This document shows positions 37,801 to 51,626 of a DNA stretch of 64,000 nt, piece after piece (positions within the stretch are counted from its first letter, which is position 1; each line of letters starts with the position of its first letter). The notes beneath the pieces were generated by a model. The model was given only the letters and a program-made list of their open reading frames with translations. It searched no databases and was not told the origin of the DNA. The stretch is from Hemiscyllium ocellatum. Its lineage: Eukaryota. The stretch is from NCBI RefSeq assembly GCF_020745735.1, contig NC_083440.1, forward strand, positions 13,193,138 through 13,257,137. Direction: 5' to 3'. The translations under genes were made by a program, and so were the position numbers.

Positions 37801-40585
37801 CCGGCTTTCAGGACAGCCTACCAACCTTCAGGTTCACAGTATGGCCTACACGCCCTTCGGCTCTCGGGGTGACAGCTTTCAGAACGACGCATGAGCCTCT
37901 CAGCTCACAACAAGGCCTGGCAGACTCAGGGACAAACAATACAGTGCAGGTGATAGATCCAGGAAACACCATAATACAGTTAGTTACCAAAAAAAAACAG
38001 AGTCATTTCTGGTACACAGTCCAAATCTATACAGGCTTCAAATATAGAATCCATTTCTAGGAACAGTCCACTCCATTATTTGGTGTACGTGGTCAGAAAT
38101 CAACTCCGCTCCAAATTGCAGAGTCCTTTGCTACAAACAGAGTCCGCAAACAAGGGGAGAGTCCACTCCTGAAGGCAGCAAATGTACACCCCACAGCACA
38201 CAGTTGTTCAGTCTCCAAAGAGACCTGGCCCAGACTTGGAAAGCCAGGCCCACTGACAGGAACATAGTACAGGTGCAGTTAACTCACAGGGGTTTGGTCC
38301 ACTCCTGAGGGAAAGGTCTTCTCCCAACCTCCAGGATACAGGAACTGCTCACCTCCCAGCACACACACAGGTGTTCAATCTTCAGACGCCCAGTCCAGGG
38401 CTAGTTCTCCCGACAGGAACACCTCCTCTGCTAAAATGCATGTCTTCCACAGGGGTCAGTCAAAACACCAATAAAAAGTGAAGACACGTACAAAAATCAA
38501 AGAGAACTAGAGTCCAAGGGCTAAATCCTACCATAAAATTAGCATTGTTCTTTTCTCAAAAAGGAGAGAAGAGTAACACACAGGCTGTAACCAGCCAGTG
38601 AAACAGCAATCCCCTGATGAGAACTGAGTCACACCTGAAACACATTGTGTGCACCAGGAATTTAACAATCAGCCCTCACTAAAAGGAATGTCATTTAACA
38701 AACTGGTAAATTCGGCCAGTTCATGTAACAGGTTTTCCGCCCCAAAAAAAAGCAAAGTAGAAACTAACAGTAAAATACTGACTGTAGTACCAGCCAGCAC
38801 AGAGCTGAAAATGTGTTGCTGGAAAAGCGCAGCAGGTCAGGCAGCATCTGAGGAACAGGAGCATAAGTCCTTCTGCCCGAAACGTCGATTCTCCTGTTCC
38901 TCGGATGCTGCCTGACCTGCTGCGCTTTTCCAGCAACACATTTTCAGCTCTGATCTCCAGCCTCTGCAGACCTCACTTTCTCCAGCTAGCAGAGAGTCAG
39001 CCTCATGAACTGAGGAGACTCTGAATCTCCTGTTTATCTTTTTTTTATTTTATTAAACAAATTACAAAACAGTTTACAATAAACATTTGCAGCCGTACAA
39101 GAGACTGCAATTTTACAAGGGAGAGGAGCAGCAAAGCTCGCCCCAAACCCTACCATTCGACCATTTAAAAGGGAGATGGGGACAAACCTCAAATCCCAAT
39201 TCCACATGTGGCAAGACAGTGACAAAGACATTTGTACATAAAACAATATTTACATGCAAATTGCAGACAATACAGAACCAGAAAGCCCCCGTCCCTCCCA
39301 CCTTCCGACCACGCTAAGGCAGCCCGCCCCTACCCACCTTCCGGTTCTCGGTCCAACCTGGCACACCTTCCGACCATCTCTAGGACAGCCCGCCCCGGTA
39401 CCCGCCCGGGGTGATAGAGGTCAGGATGGCCAACCCACCTTCGGGCTTCACGAATCACCCACAGCACCTTTCAGCTCTGGGGCAGCCCGTCCACCGCTGA
39501 GGACGGCTACCTGCCTTCTGGCTCTCAGTCTGCTCCTACGTACCATTGGGCTTTCACCAACCCTAGTCCACCATCCGGCCAGTGGGCTATCCTAGCACAA
39601 TTTTCGACCACCTCACTACAAGGTCTGCCAAACCCAGGGACACACAAAACAGTGCAGGTCATAGACCCAGGAAACACCACAATACAGTTAGCTACCAAAA
39701 CAAACAGAGATTTTTTCTGGTACACATTCCAAATCTATACAGGCTTCAAAATATAGAATCCATTTCTAGAAAGAGTCCACTCCAGTATATGGTGTACGTT
39801 GTCAGAAATCGAGTCCGCTCCAAATTGCAGAGTCCATTGCTAAAAACAGAGTCTGCAACCAAGGGCAGAGTCCACTCCTGAATGCAGCAAATGCACACCC
39901 CACAGCACACAGTTGTTTAGTCTCCATAGCGTCCTGGCCCAGCCTTGGAAAACCAGGCCCACTCACAGGAACAGTACATTGTACAGGTGCAGTAAACTCA
40001 CAGGGGTTTGGTCCATTCTTGAGGGAAAGGTCTTCTCTCAAACTCAAGGATACAGCAACTGCTCACCTCCCAGCACACACACACACACACACACAGGTGT
40101 TCAAACTTCAGAGGCCCAGTCCCAGGGCTAGGCCTCCACAGAGGAACAACTCCTCTGTTAGAATGTTTGTCTTCCACAAGACTCATCAAAACACCAATAA
40201 AAAAAGTGAAGACACGTACAAAAAACAAAGAAAACTAGAGTCCAAGAGCTAAGCCCTCCCATAAAAGTTAAATTGTCCTTTTCTCCAAGAAGAGTAAAGA
40301 GAGAAAAGAGTAACACACAGGCTGTAACCAGCCAGGGAAACAACAATCCACGGATGAGAACTGAGTTACAATTGAAACTCATTCTGTGCAACAGGAGTTT
40401 AACAATCAGTGCTCTCTAAGAGTTATGCCAGTTAACAATCTGGCTAAATTATTCAGCCAGTTCAGGGATCAGGTTTTCCCCCTCCGAAAAAGAAGGGAAG
40501 CAGAAACCAACAGTAACATGCTGACTGTAATACAAACCAGCACAGAGTCAGTCCCCTAAACTGAGGAGACTCTGAATCTCCTGTA
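34810..40585 (-). mobile_element. Paralogous array in intron B: stub, copies ~34940-36682, 36970-39033, 39034-40585, truncated copy ~36687-36958
   Basis: Same unit ends and internal motifs as 13505-21360. Confidence 0.8.
38805..38981. mobile_element. Palindromic Penelope-derived mini-element inserted in an array unit
   Basis: Imperfect 15-bp TSD ccagc(c/t)agca(c/g)agag at 38790-38804 and 38982-38996. Confidence 0.75.
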
Positions 40586-43563
40586 TATATCAGTCAGCCA
40601 GGACTCACTGATTCGACCACGCCAACAGCTCCAGTCAGGTAACTCATAATCTGCGAGATGACCCTGGCTCACCGTGTTCCAATCGCTACTAAGATGGCAT
40701 AAAGTGGCTTGCAGTTGATTAAGAATAGCAATGTGTTATGACGCAGAGATCCAAACTCACTGTCAATTCAACCAATCATACAGAACAGCTTGACGTGCCT
40801 GGCAATATGTTAAAATATAGCTGACAGAGAACTCAAAGCCCTCACAAAACTTAGCCCTCTTTTCTCGGAAAACCTTACTCCACAAAAATATGCTCTAAAA
40901 ACGCTTTGACAATACGCTGTTCCAAAAAAATACTCATTAAAACTACATCAACTTAATTTCAAAACCACATGATCTCTGTCCTCTTCAGTGTCGTCACTCT
41001 TCCAGCTGATGGTCTTCCTTTTTCCTGCTGGAAAACCAATAAACGTAACTCCATTGAATTTTAGTGCACAGGGGCATAACTTAAAACATTAAATTAACCT
41101 TTGATTAAATTTGATTTGCTCTGAAAACTTGAACCAAAACTCAGGATTCATACTACAGCCAAATGTCACACATTTTCAATTTTCTAGGGCACTCTGATAC
41201 TGCCAACTGAACTTACATACAGTTGCTTGTAATCTCTCAGTTCAGTTCAGCATTCACTCTATCTTTAAGGTACAGCACATGTCTGCAACTTCATAACTCT
41301 TGCTGGTTGATGCATTTAAACAATGCACGTGTTTGGACAGTGATAGCTTTGCAGACATATTACATCCAAGGTAACAGGTTAAAATAATAAACTAAGGGTA
41401 CTGTTAGAGACATGCAGCTGCAGTTGCTGATGCAGAAAAGGCTGGATAAGGGCATCCTGAAGTATGCTGACAGAGCAATTCCATTCTCAGCTGTTGCAAA
41501 GTGAGAAGGCCAGCGCAAATAGATTTAATTGGTTGAGATTTCCAGATGTTCACAGTTGCACGTTATGAATTAGTGACAGAGTTTGAATAGATATGCACAT
41601 AACCATAAAAACCTAATAAGCATTAAAACCACATAACCACTAAAAATCCTCTGGATATTAAAGGAGGAGCCTCATACGATTGCAGATAGGATGGAAATGC
41701 AGGTGCAGACGTCAGCAGTGTTAGATTAGATTACTTACAGTGAGGAAACAGGCCCTTCGGCCGAACAAGTCCACACTGAACCTCCGAAGAGCAACCCACA
41801 CAGACCCGTTCCCCTTCATTTATCCCTTCACCTAACACTCTGGGCATTTAAACATGGTCAATTCACCTAACCTGCACATTTTTCGACAGACTGATGAAAA
41901 CAGAGCACCCGACGGAAACCCACGCAAACACGGGGAGAATGTGCAAATCCACACAGGCAGTTGCCTGAGGTGGGTATTGAACCCGGGCCTGTGGCGCTGT
42001 GAGGCAGCAGTGCTAACTATTGTGCCACCCATATTGAAATGTGGTTATATGTAGTACTGACTGCAAAAGTTCCAAGGATAGAGATAGGTGTGTCTGGGAA
42101 ACATCATGACTTCAAAGCAGACTAAAGGCTGACTACAACGCTTTCCATCACTGACCTGACAGCCACATAAGTTATTGGATTAGGTGTGCATGTTCGAAAT
42201 TACTAACATGATTGTTCTATAATGGTGGGATAAAATGAATGTATGAACATATACGTCTTTCCTTTGTTCAGTGAAGAATCTTCCTGAACACCAGATGTTT
42301 CCTCATATCAGTATCACATGTTAAACACGCCGGGTGCTGAGTGATTCATTTCGTCATTCTTTCTCAATACCACTGTCCATATCACTCTCGAAAATGTAGC
42401 CTTGTAGACAGAAGTGATCTGAACAGTAATTGGTATATTCCAATGAATTTTTGAATTCTGACTGATCCTTTTTTTAAATTCATGAATGAGATGTGAGCTG
42501 CCAGATTTGTATGTATTACCCATTCCTAGTTGCCCCTTGAGAAGATCGTGGCACTTTCTTGAACCGCTGTGCTGCTTGCTGCGGGGTTACCCACAATGCC
42601 GTGAGGCAGGGAGCTCCATGATTGTGACCGAGCAATAGTGAAGGAACGGTGATGTATTTCCAAGTCAGGATGGTGAGTGTCTTCAAGGGAACTTGCACGT
42701 GGTGTCGTTTTCGTGTATCAAATGCGTCCTTGTGAATGGAATCTGAGTGTGGCTATTCTTTTATGTTAATCCTTGATGAATTTCTGCAGCCAAGTTTGTA
42801 GATAGTACAGTACACACTACTGGTCCTCCGTTTTGATGGTTGATGAGGTGAGTACTTTTGTGGATGTGATGCTAATCAAGCGGGCTCTAATCACACTTTC
42901 CAATTACATTATTACTGTTGTGATAAAGTACCACACTGACGAAGTTCCCTAATGATTCTCACATGCTTCTATGCCTCCCCAACTCTAAGGTCTACCTCCC
43001 CTCATTAACAGACCCTACAGATTTGCGAGTGGCATACATGAAAAAGCATGGGACCAAATTCATTGACACCTCAGTCCAACAATTCAGTCTTCATATTTAA
43101 CCATCCTAGTTCAACTTCATAAAAAGTATACTGTTGTGATTGTTCATACTCAGTTTCTGATCAGGTCCATTGATGGAAAATATCTTATCCATTTTAACAT
43201 TTTGATTTGATTTTTATCTTCCATTTCCAGTTTAGAAGTATGAAAAATCTGCTAAATATTTCAGTGAGTCTATTAGCATCACCTACTTGCATTAAAATAT
43301 TTCATTTTATTTTCTTTTATGGTTCTTATTCTCGCTTATTTGTTGATTTACTCTGCTTCTCCATTTTTTTCGCAGCATATATTTATTTCATTCTGGTTTA
43401 CCTCAGTCTGTAAGTCCAATGCAATCTTTTCACTGTGCATCGTGTAATTGAGTTACACATTAATCTGTGGCAATTGTTCTGATGTTTTAGATGTATTATG
43501 CTGATGATTATGCTGTGATTCTAATCGTGAAGAAGTGTGCATTCTTTTTTATTTTTCTTACAG

Positions 43564-44468
43564 TTAACTTGGTGGGAATTGTGATTCTGAATCGAGGCAA
43601 TTGTGGGCTCTCCAAATGCGTCACTCGCTATTTGTTGGCAATGTCTACAGCAGACCTGCTCTTCGTCATCGTTAATGTCTTACTGCAGCGAATTAACACA
43701 ATTTATTTCCCAGTTACTTTTTTATCCATAACCCCTGTGTGCAGCTTGAGACTTTCAATGACCGTTGCAACCCGAGCCTGTTCAGTTTGGTTCACAGTTG
43801 CTTTCACATTTGATCGGTTTGTAGCAATTTGTTGCCAGAACCTAAGAGCAAGATATTGCAAAGTGAGAACGGCATTTGTGGTTATAGTAACTGTGAGTGT
43901 GGTCAGCTGTTTGAAATCAAGTGCTTGGTATTTTGCAATTATGCCTTCGTTTGTTATTGACAATATACCATGGTTTTGTATCTTGAAATCAGCCTATTAT
44001 ACATCATTATTCTGGAATGTATATGAATGGTTTGACAGTATAATTACGCCATTACTTCCAATTGTATTGATTTTAATATTCAATGCTCTGACTGTCAGGA
44101 ATATTATAGCATCTAATCGCATCCGCTGTCGCCTCCAGATCCATGGAAATGGACAGAATAGTACCGATCCCGAGGTGGTAAATAGGAGAAAATCCATCAT
44201 TTTGCTCTTTGCATTGTCTGCTAATTTTATACTGTTGTGGATGACATATGTAGTACACTCTTTCAACTGGCAAATGATAAACTTTAATTATGAAGACAAG
44301 ACATTGAATAGTGCAATATTTGTCTTTCAAGAAATTGGAATCATGCTACAGCTTCTGAGTTTGTGCACCAACACTTGCATATACGCTCTAACGCAAAGTA
44401 AATTCAGAGAGGAACTTATCAATGGAGTTAAATATCCATTTACTCGAATTATTAAATTATGCCAATAA
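43564..44468 (+). CDS. GPR139-like class A GPCR copy B, coding exon 2
   Basis: cttacag acceptor, 905 nt open. About 22 amino-acid differences from copy A by manual count. Confidence 0.93.
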
Positions 44469-46309
44469 GCATACAAGCCTGACCTGTATTTGAAGATGGA
44501 TTTCCAGTGTTCCTACAGGACACCCAAGTTGAAATAGCTTGTGAAATTTCCCAGGCTTCATTAACTGAACAGAACTCCATGTCCTCAGAATTGGAAAGAC
44601 GAGTCTTGGCCACGAGAATTGGAAATGATCAGTTGTGCAAAAAATTAACAATTTGTCTTTAAAATATGTCATTGAGAAATAGTATCTTCAAGGATTTTGC
44701 TGTTCAAAGGGATGAGTCTTTGATTTTGCGTTTCATGTGCAAAAGTAGTTCAATTTGAATACTATTTAAATCATTGTTTTCTGTAATCAATAAGCTTGCG
44801 TTCTTCTGTTAAAAGTTCAGTGGTAAACTTATTAACTTTGTTCAATGACTTACTAGCGTGTCAACAAAATGCAAACATTAAACATAAAATCTTCGAAGCT
44901 ACTGTCATTCTGAAATTTGATTTTAGTGGCATTATTTGCAGTTGCGACGAGAAGATGCAATATTCAAAGCTCTTTTCCACAATTCAGGTTCAGTCCCTTA
45001 CAAAAAGTGACCAGTGCAGATTCTGGAGATCAGAGTCAAGAGTGTGGTACTGGAAATAGCACCGCACATCAGGAGGATAGCGGAGCAGGATAATCGACAT
45101 TTCAGGCATCAGCGCTTCATCAGGAATGGATGTTCTCCTGATACTCGGATACTGCCTGACCTGCTGTGTATTCCCAGCACCACGTTCTCGACCTACTTTC
45201 AGACTCTGCCTATGCCTCCAAAAAACAACTTGTTCACTTGTTCTCATGGTTGCATCGCACTATCTATCATTGAAACAATCACATTGACAACATTCCTGAC
45301 CATTCCTCTTTGGGTGTACCATTCATTTTGTTTTGTATAAGCAGTTATAAATTACATGATTAGATTTCAGTTCCTGTCTAATATTGTGACACTTGATGTT
45401 ATTTTTTTCCTGTACAGTTCATGGCACGTTAATTACAATGCAAAATGGATGATCACTTGCCTCAAAATATCTAAGGTGCTCCCTGGACTTTGAGACTCAG
45501 CACCAAAATTCACTTTGAAAGGGATACTGAGCAATGTCGCTAATTATAGAGAAAATTATTTCTCCCATTAAGGAAAAAGTAATCCACTTGATTATATCTG
45601 CATTCACAGACATTCCGCCCATTCACCACGCACATTCAATTACTGCAGTGTGCACCAGTTACAAGATGCACGGCATAAATTCACCAAATATCCTGAGGCA
45701 GTCACCTCCCAAACCTGACCACTGCCATCCAGACAAAGGTAGCAGATACATGGGAACATCACTCACAACACGTTCCTCGCCAAATCGCTCATCATCTCGC
45801 CTGGGAAATATATCCCTGTTGCTTTACTGACACTCGATTAATATTCTGTAATTTCCTCTTTAAGGTTAGTGTTGGTCATGCTATGATTCAAACACCAGGA
45901 AGAGCAGCTAGATGGACAAGACATCATTAACAAGCAAGGCCAACGATGAAAGGGAAGTGAAGAAGAAGGAAAAGTGAAAGATGAAATGAAGATGTGGTTG
46001 GGGGGGAATCAAGCCCTCTCGCCCTCACAGGAACAATTGTCAATAAAGGCATCGAGACACTCCATGCACCCTCTCCGAAGACACCCACCCTCGGACACCA
46101 CTGCAGAAGAGGGACAGGAACACGGTAGAGAGCAGCTCCTTTTTAACACAGTCACCAGTGCTCCCTGATTAGACCAGGTTAACAGCCCAGTCAAGGCTCA
46201 CATAGTCAGTGATCTACCAGCCCTTGTTCCAATGACGACATTACTCCCCCACTAAGTCAGGGATGCACGCCTGTTCATTCTCTTGCAGTTTCCCTGGCAT
46301 ACTTTTACC

Positions 46310-47430
46310 CCACGTATTGTTTCTCTGACTCTGAAACGGCCTTGGGGTGATGTGTACTGGACCATAACCAGTCTCTTGCCCCTTGAGTGTCACGGGAGAC
46401 TTTCCTCCTCTTCTTCGTTTTTAATGGTTTCGAGGCTGCATCCATCTCAGACTGGACGGTGCCTTCTTCGCCAAGCAGAGGGAAGAGCCCACGGTTTTTG
46501 TTAGACTATCTGGCTGTTCTGAGGACCCAGATACGCATTGCTCCAGCCCAGTGGTCAAGGGAGCAGCTTTCATATAATCTAACTTCTTATTCAGGGACGC
46601 TTCACTTCCGAAACCATGTAAGTTTTGGAATCAAACATCACAATAGCCTTGTCTTTTACCCATGCATCGCCATTTCTGTTGTTGCGACAAAAACCTTTCT
46701 TCCCTCAAGTTAACTGTCTCTCTCGATTAGAGGAGACATTTATCTGGTATTGGTGTTCCTGATGCTATTTCACCCTCTCCCAGGTCTGGGAATATCAGGT
46801 TTAACCTTGGTGCAGCATCTTCTCACCTTTAACAACTCTGTTGGAGCTCGCTCTATTGTTTTGTGAGAGATGGTCGTATAATCGAACAGGACCCGGGACA
46901 GTTTGGTATCGAGTGAAGCTGTTGGCTGTTTCTTTTAACCTGCCTTCAATGCTTGAATTGCTCTTTTCATCGGACCATTGGATGGTGGATGGCATGGAAC
47001 TGTCTGAACAAGCTGAATGCTACTTGAGATCAGGAAAAACTGGAAAACACTGCTGGAAAATGACATGCTCTTGTCTCTGACCAGTACTTCCAGGATTCAG
47101 TGTACAACGAATGACGTTCACAGCCACTAAATCGTAATGTCAGAGTTTGCAAAATGAATTCTATCCAGGTCCAACCACTTTCAATGGACAGCCACAATAA
47201 CTAAAAACATTGAGCTCATGAAAGGACCGGTGTATTCCATGTGTAAGCTAATCCGTGGTTTATCCAGCCGTTTGCAGGAGTATGGGTGTGGGTTGGGGGT
47301 TAGGAGCATCTGCTGCAAATAATGTTTATGCATATGAGCACTGGCCACTCTCCCACCAACGTGGCCATGTTGGCATCCAATCCTGACCATCAGACATAAC
47401 TTCACTCCAACATCTTCATTTTGGAGACCC
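46310..47430 (-). mobile_element. Gypsy integrase remnant
   Basis: ORF 47181-47453 contains LHMEYTGPFMSSMFLVIVAVH, an integrase-core-like motif (HIDYAGPF..FLIIVDAH). Also similar to 5200-5950. Confidence 0.7.
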
Positions 47431-48514
47431 TGGATAACCCTGCTGGTATTCAACCAATATCAGTTGGACTACTTTACTCGATACAATCCCTCTTGCGTCG
47501 TATTAATGGAAACATCTTCTCTACTTCAACTCGATCCTGGTCTCTCAAAATTTTGTAAGTTTCAAACAGACTGCCCTTCTAAACCATTTTGCGTGCATAT
47601 ACAGAGTCCTCAACCGCTCCTTCTACGCAAACCTTCATCGCTAAAAGCATTCTTATAAACCTCCTCTGAACATTCTCCAAGTTCAGTGCATCCTTCCTTC
47701 GACACGGGGCCCAAGAACTGCTCACGAAATGTTGTGTAAGGGATTACGTATCTGCTCATGAGTACATGAAACTAAAGTGTACATGAGACTTTTAATTTTA
47801 TTGCATATGTTGGTGAGTCAGCCTTCCCACATAGTTCTCTCTCAGTTCGTTTATTTGTGATGATTGCAATAATTTCCGATTAAAAGATAGTATTAAAAGA
47901 TATATTTTCTATTGACCACATGTTCTATTGACAAAGTCATTTGTAATGTCAGTTTGAAGTCAAGTTAGTCTTCAGCTTGGAGGTACTCTGCCTGGTCACG
48001 CCAAGAATCCCGCAAACCGAAAAGTCTCATTCAGGGTTAATACAATGTCACGAGCCTCGGTTGGTCGTCTTAAACACGAAAACTCCTGATTACAATTTCT
48101 GTGGTTCTCAAAGTGTTGAATAATAATGATAGTGAGCTCGAATTAGAGAAGGCTTGGGGTCGTAATATTCCTGAACTAAATGCATCACACCTTGAATGTT
48201 TTTGGCATCTGATGTCTCTCGGAAAATTAGGCTCCTAATAACTGAAAGTTGTGCTGGTCTGCATCGATCAGGATTACTCGTTGCCTTTCTTTTGCCTGCA
48301 AAACAGAATGCATTCTTTCCACATCCCAGAATTTAAGAGTAGGATCGAACAAGTCAAACTTCCCAAATAGGAGTATAATACCACAAATACCTACCCAATT
48401 CAAATTTGACTGTTGCCACTTACGTAGTTGCCGCTGAATAACTGCACAGAGTCCGCAATCCCATCACCAAGTCAACCTCTTTTTTTACATCTACACAGCA
48501 CATGGTTTGTGCCT

Positions 48515-49075
48515 ATAGACTGATAGAGATGTACAGCATGGAAACAGACCCTTCAGTCCAACCCGTCCATGCCGACCAGATATCCCAACCCAATCTAGTC
48601 CCTCCTACCACGCCCCGCCCTCTCCATATCCCTCCAAACCCTTTACGTTCATATACCCATCCAAATGCCTTTTAAATGTTGCAATTGTACCAGCCTCCAC
48701 CACTTCCTCTGGCAGCTGATTCCATACACGCACCACCCTCTGGGTGAAAAAGTTGCTGCTTCGGTCCCTTTTATACATTTCCCCTCTAACCCGAAACCTA
48801 TGTCCTCTAGTTCTGGACTCCCCTAACCTAGTGAAAAGACTTTGCCTATTTGCGCAATCCATGTGCCTCATAATTTTGTAGACCTTTATAAGGTCACCCC
48901 TCAGCCTCCGACGCTCCAGGGAAAACAGTCTCAGCCTGTTCAGTCTCTCCCAATAGCTCAAATCCTCCAACCCAGCGAGATCTATGGAAGTTTCTCTGAA
49001 CCATTTCAAGTTTCGCAACATCTTTCCGATAGGAAGGAGACCAGAATTGCACACAATATCCCAACAGTGACGTAA
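48515..49075 (-). mobile_element. CR1 (HER1-like) LINE 3' end, well preserved
   Basis: 149-aa ORF 48605-49054 with the canonical CR1 C-terminus (FFTQRVVRVWNQLPEEVVEAGTIATFKRHLD) plus a 3' UTR. Confidence 0.88.
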
Positions 49076-50559
49076 GCAGCCATCTGCGAATTAGTTCTTA
49101 GAATGAGGAGACTCTCTGAACCTCGTGTTTATCTCTGTCAGCAAGGGTTCTCACATTGCCCCAGGTTAACAACACCAAACAACGATTTTATTGTAAATGA
49201 GATCGACCTAGCCCTTTTTGCTATCACAGTGAGGCCAACTTTATACAATTAAGTTCGAGATACATAATTTGCCTTTTATGACGTTGCAGTCCCCGCCACG
49301 CATTCTACAGGTTGACTGAGCGAGTGGACAGTCAAAGTTAAAGAGCCAGTCACTGTGTCAGAGGCACAACAGCCAAGATTGATAGACTGAGGCAGGGAAA
49401 AAAAAAGACAGATGCAGATATACAGAGAATTACACAGAGAGAGACAGAGAAAACAATTCAAGACGAGACAGAGATGGCCAGATAGAGAGAGAAAAGATGG
49501 AAAGAGAGTGAAAGAGAAAGACGGAGGGAGAACACAGAAAGAGATGGAGATGGTGACAGATAAAGAAATGATTAAATCACAGATACACAGAATGAGAGAG
49601 AAAGAGACAGAAAAGGAAGGGAACTGGAAACCTGTAGATCAGTGACGTTCCAAAGGGATCAGTGTGGAGTCCAGTTTTCATTTGTCATTTACATAAATGA
49701 TTTGCATATAGAAGGTTTGGTTCATAATTTCCGGATGACACTATGATTGGTGGTACAATGACAGTGAAGACAGTTATCGAAGATTACAAACAGATCTTGA
49801 TGAATTAGGTCAATGGGCTGGATAGTGGAAAGTAGAGTTTAATCTGGATAAATGTAAAGTGTTACATTTGGGAATAAAAACAAGACTTATGCAGCTAAAC
49901 GTAGGTCCTTGGTTGCTATTTTTAAAAGGCAATTAGATAAATACATGAATAAGAAATGCTTGGAAGGATATCGACCATGTGCAGGCGGGTGGGACTATTT
50001 TAGTTTGGATTATAGTTAACAATGACTGATTGAACTGAAGGGTCTGTTTCCGTGCCAAATCACTCTGTAACACAAAGACAGAGAAAATTGGAGCGACAAA
50101 GAGAGACAGCGGTTGAAATCCAAATACACAGAGTCAGGTAGAGAAAAATAGATTCGCAAGAGAAAAGAGAGTGAGACAAAGTGACAGCTAGAAAAATGAG
50201 GTACTGGTGCACAGACAGAAACAGAAAGGAAGAGAGAGTTAAGAAAATGAAGCACAGACTGACACTAAAAGTAAAATGAAGAAAGGGGCAATAACTGACT
50301 GCCAACAGAAAAGGAATGGGCATTTACAAGTTTTATTTCAATACTGATAATAATTTGAAAAACAAAGAAACAGCTTTAATCTTGGCAGAATACACCTAAC
50401 AATTTGTTAACATGATCACAATTGTCCTTTATTGCCTCAGTCCTAAGTGTGTATATATATATAAATATATATATAATTAAAGAAGGGAGTCAATTCTGTG
50501 ATTTCCAATTACAGCAAAAAGCAACGTGATGAAGTTGTAACCTTCATGTAATCACACCA

Positions 50560-51300
50560 GTTTTAAATTAAATACTCTGCAAATGTACCAGCATCTTTCA
50601 CCGAGCGGAATTTTTTTTTTTGGGTGCACCAGATATTTGTCTCGACGTATGTCCTGGGGAACAGACCGTAGAGCACGGCGTCCTCTGTCACCGAGATGGT
50701 TGTGATATCCCTCAACAAAAACCATTGTATTTTCCTCCAGACGTCCGTTGCAAAGGCACATCCCAGCAGGGGACGTGTGACATTCTTCTCATCCCACCCC
50801 ATGCACTGTCTTAAGGCAGCGTGTAGAGGCACGGACAGACCGGGTGCAGATGAAGTGTCTCCCACATAGTGCCTTTCTCAACACCAGTGAAGGGATACCT
50901 TGATGCATACTACAAAGGCCCATTTTTACCGGAATTCTGCCAAAGGACTTTGATATTCTGTTCAGAGAACCATGTGACAGGATCCTCACTCTCCTTTCCC
51001 TGCAGTGTCTCAGGGACATTGCGTGCTGCCGAATTCCAGATGGACTGGTGGTCAAAGGTATTTCTCTTTGCAAGTGTTCCCATGAAGGACACGTGATAAC
51101 GAATGGTCCAACTACCTGGAGTGGTCTGTAGCAACGAGGCCAGCACCATCCTTCACAAAACTGGGGCCAGTTAGAACCTCAGTACATAGTGACACTTTTT
51201 GTTTGCACAGCTTGATGCAGCTGCACCTAAATGTAACCATCAGTGTGAGGGCAGTGTTGAGTACATCCTTCCCATCACTTATACAAATGTTTGTTGGTTT
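50560..51300 (-). mobile_element. Tx1-like ORF2 remnant, unit 3
   Basis: Paralogous to 751-1330 and 28535-28970. Confidence 0.65.
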
Positions 51301-51396
51301 TTTTTACATGGAGACTGCGGACGCTGTCCATTTTCAATCTCTAGATGAATTGGAAAAAGGCTCGTGTGACTGAAACAGTGCAGTTCTGGGCAATGG

Positions 51397-51626
51397 AGGA
51401 AAAAGTGAGGTCTGCAGATGTTGGAAATCAGAGCTGAAAATGTGTTGCTGCTTAAAGCGCAGCAGGTCAGACAGCAAACAAGGAACAGGAAATTCGACTT
51501 TTCGGGCAAAAGCCCTTCATCAGCAAAGGGCTTTCCTGATGAAGGGCTTATGCTCGAAACGTCGAATTTCCTGTTCCTTGGATGCTGCCTGTCCTGCTGC
51601 GCTTCAACCAACAACACATTTTCAGC
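51397..51626. mobile_element. Palindromic Penelope-derived mini-element with 17-bp TSD
   Basis: TSD gcagttctggg(c/a)aatgg at 51380-51396 and 51627-51643. Empty site at ~1410. Confidence 0.8.
51533..51566 (+). ncRNA. Minimal type I hammerhead ribozyme motif
   Basis: ttc-CUGAUGA-a-gggc(ttat)gctc-GAAA-cg-UC-gaa: complete core, stem II, 3-bp stem I, palindromic ACGU and a GUC triplet. Confidence 0.65.

Larger units (their letters stand above)
27474..49514 (+). repeat. Tandem segmental duplication unit 2
   Basis: Collinear with unit 1, apart from unit-specific indels. Confidence 0.92.

Noticed and set aside
43491-43563. ORF-track N-termini (MYYADD..., MHFF..., MCIF...) as single-exon gene starts
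   Set aside because: They run through the polypyrimidine tract, the upstream ATG frame is not conserved among copies, and TM1 is completed only by splicing from exon 1.
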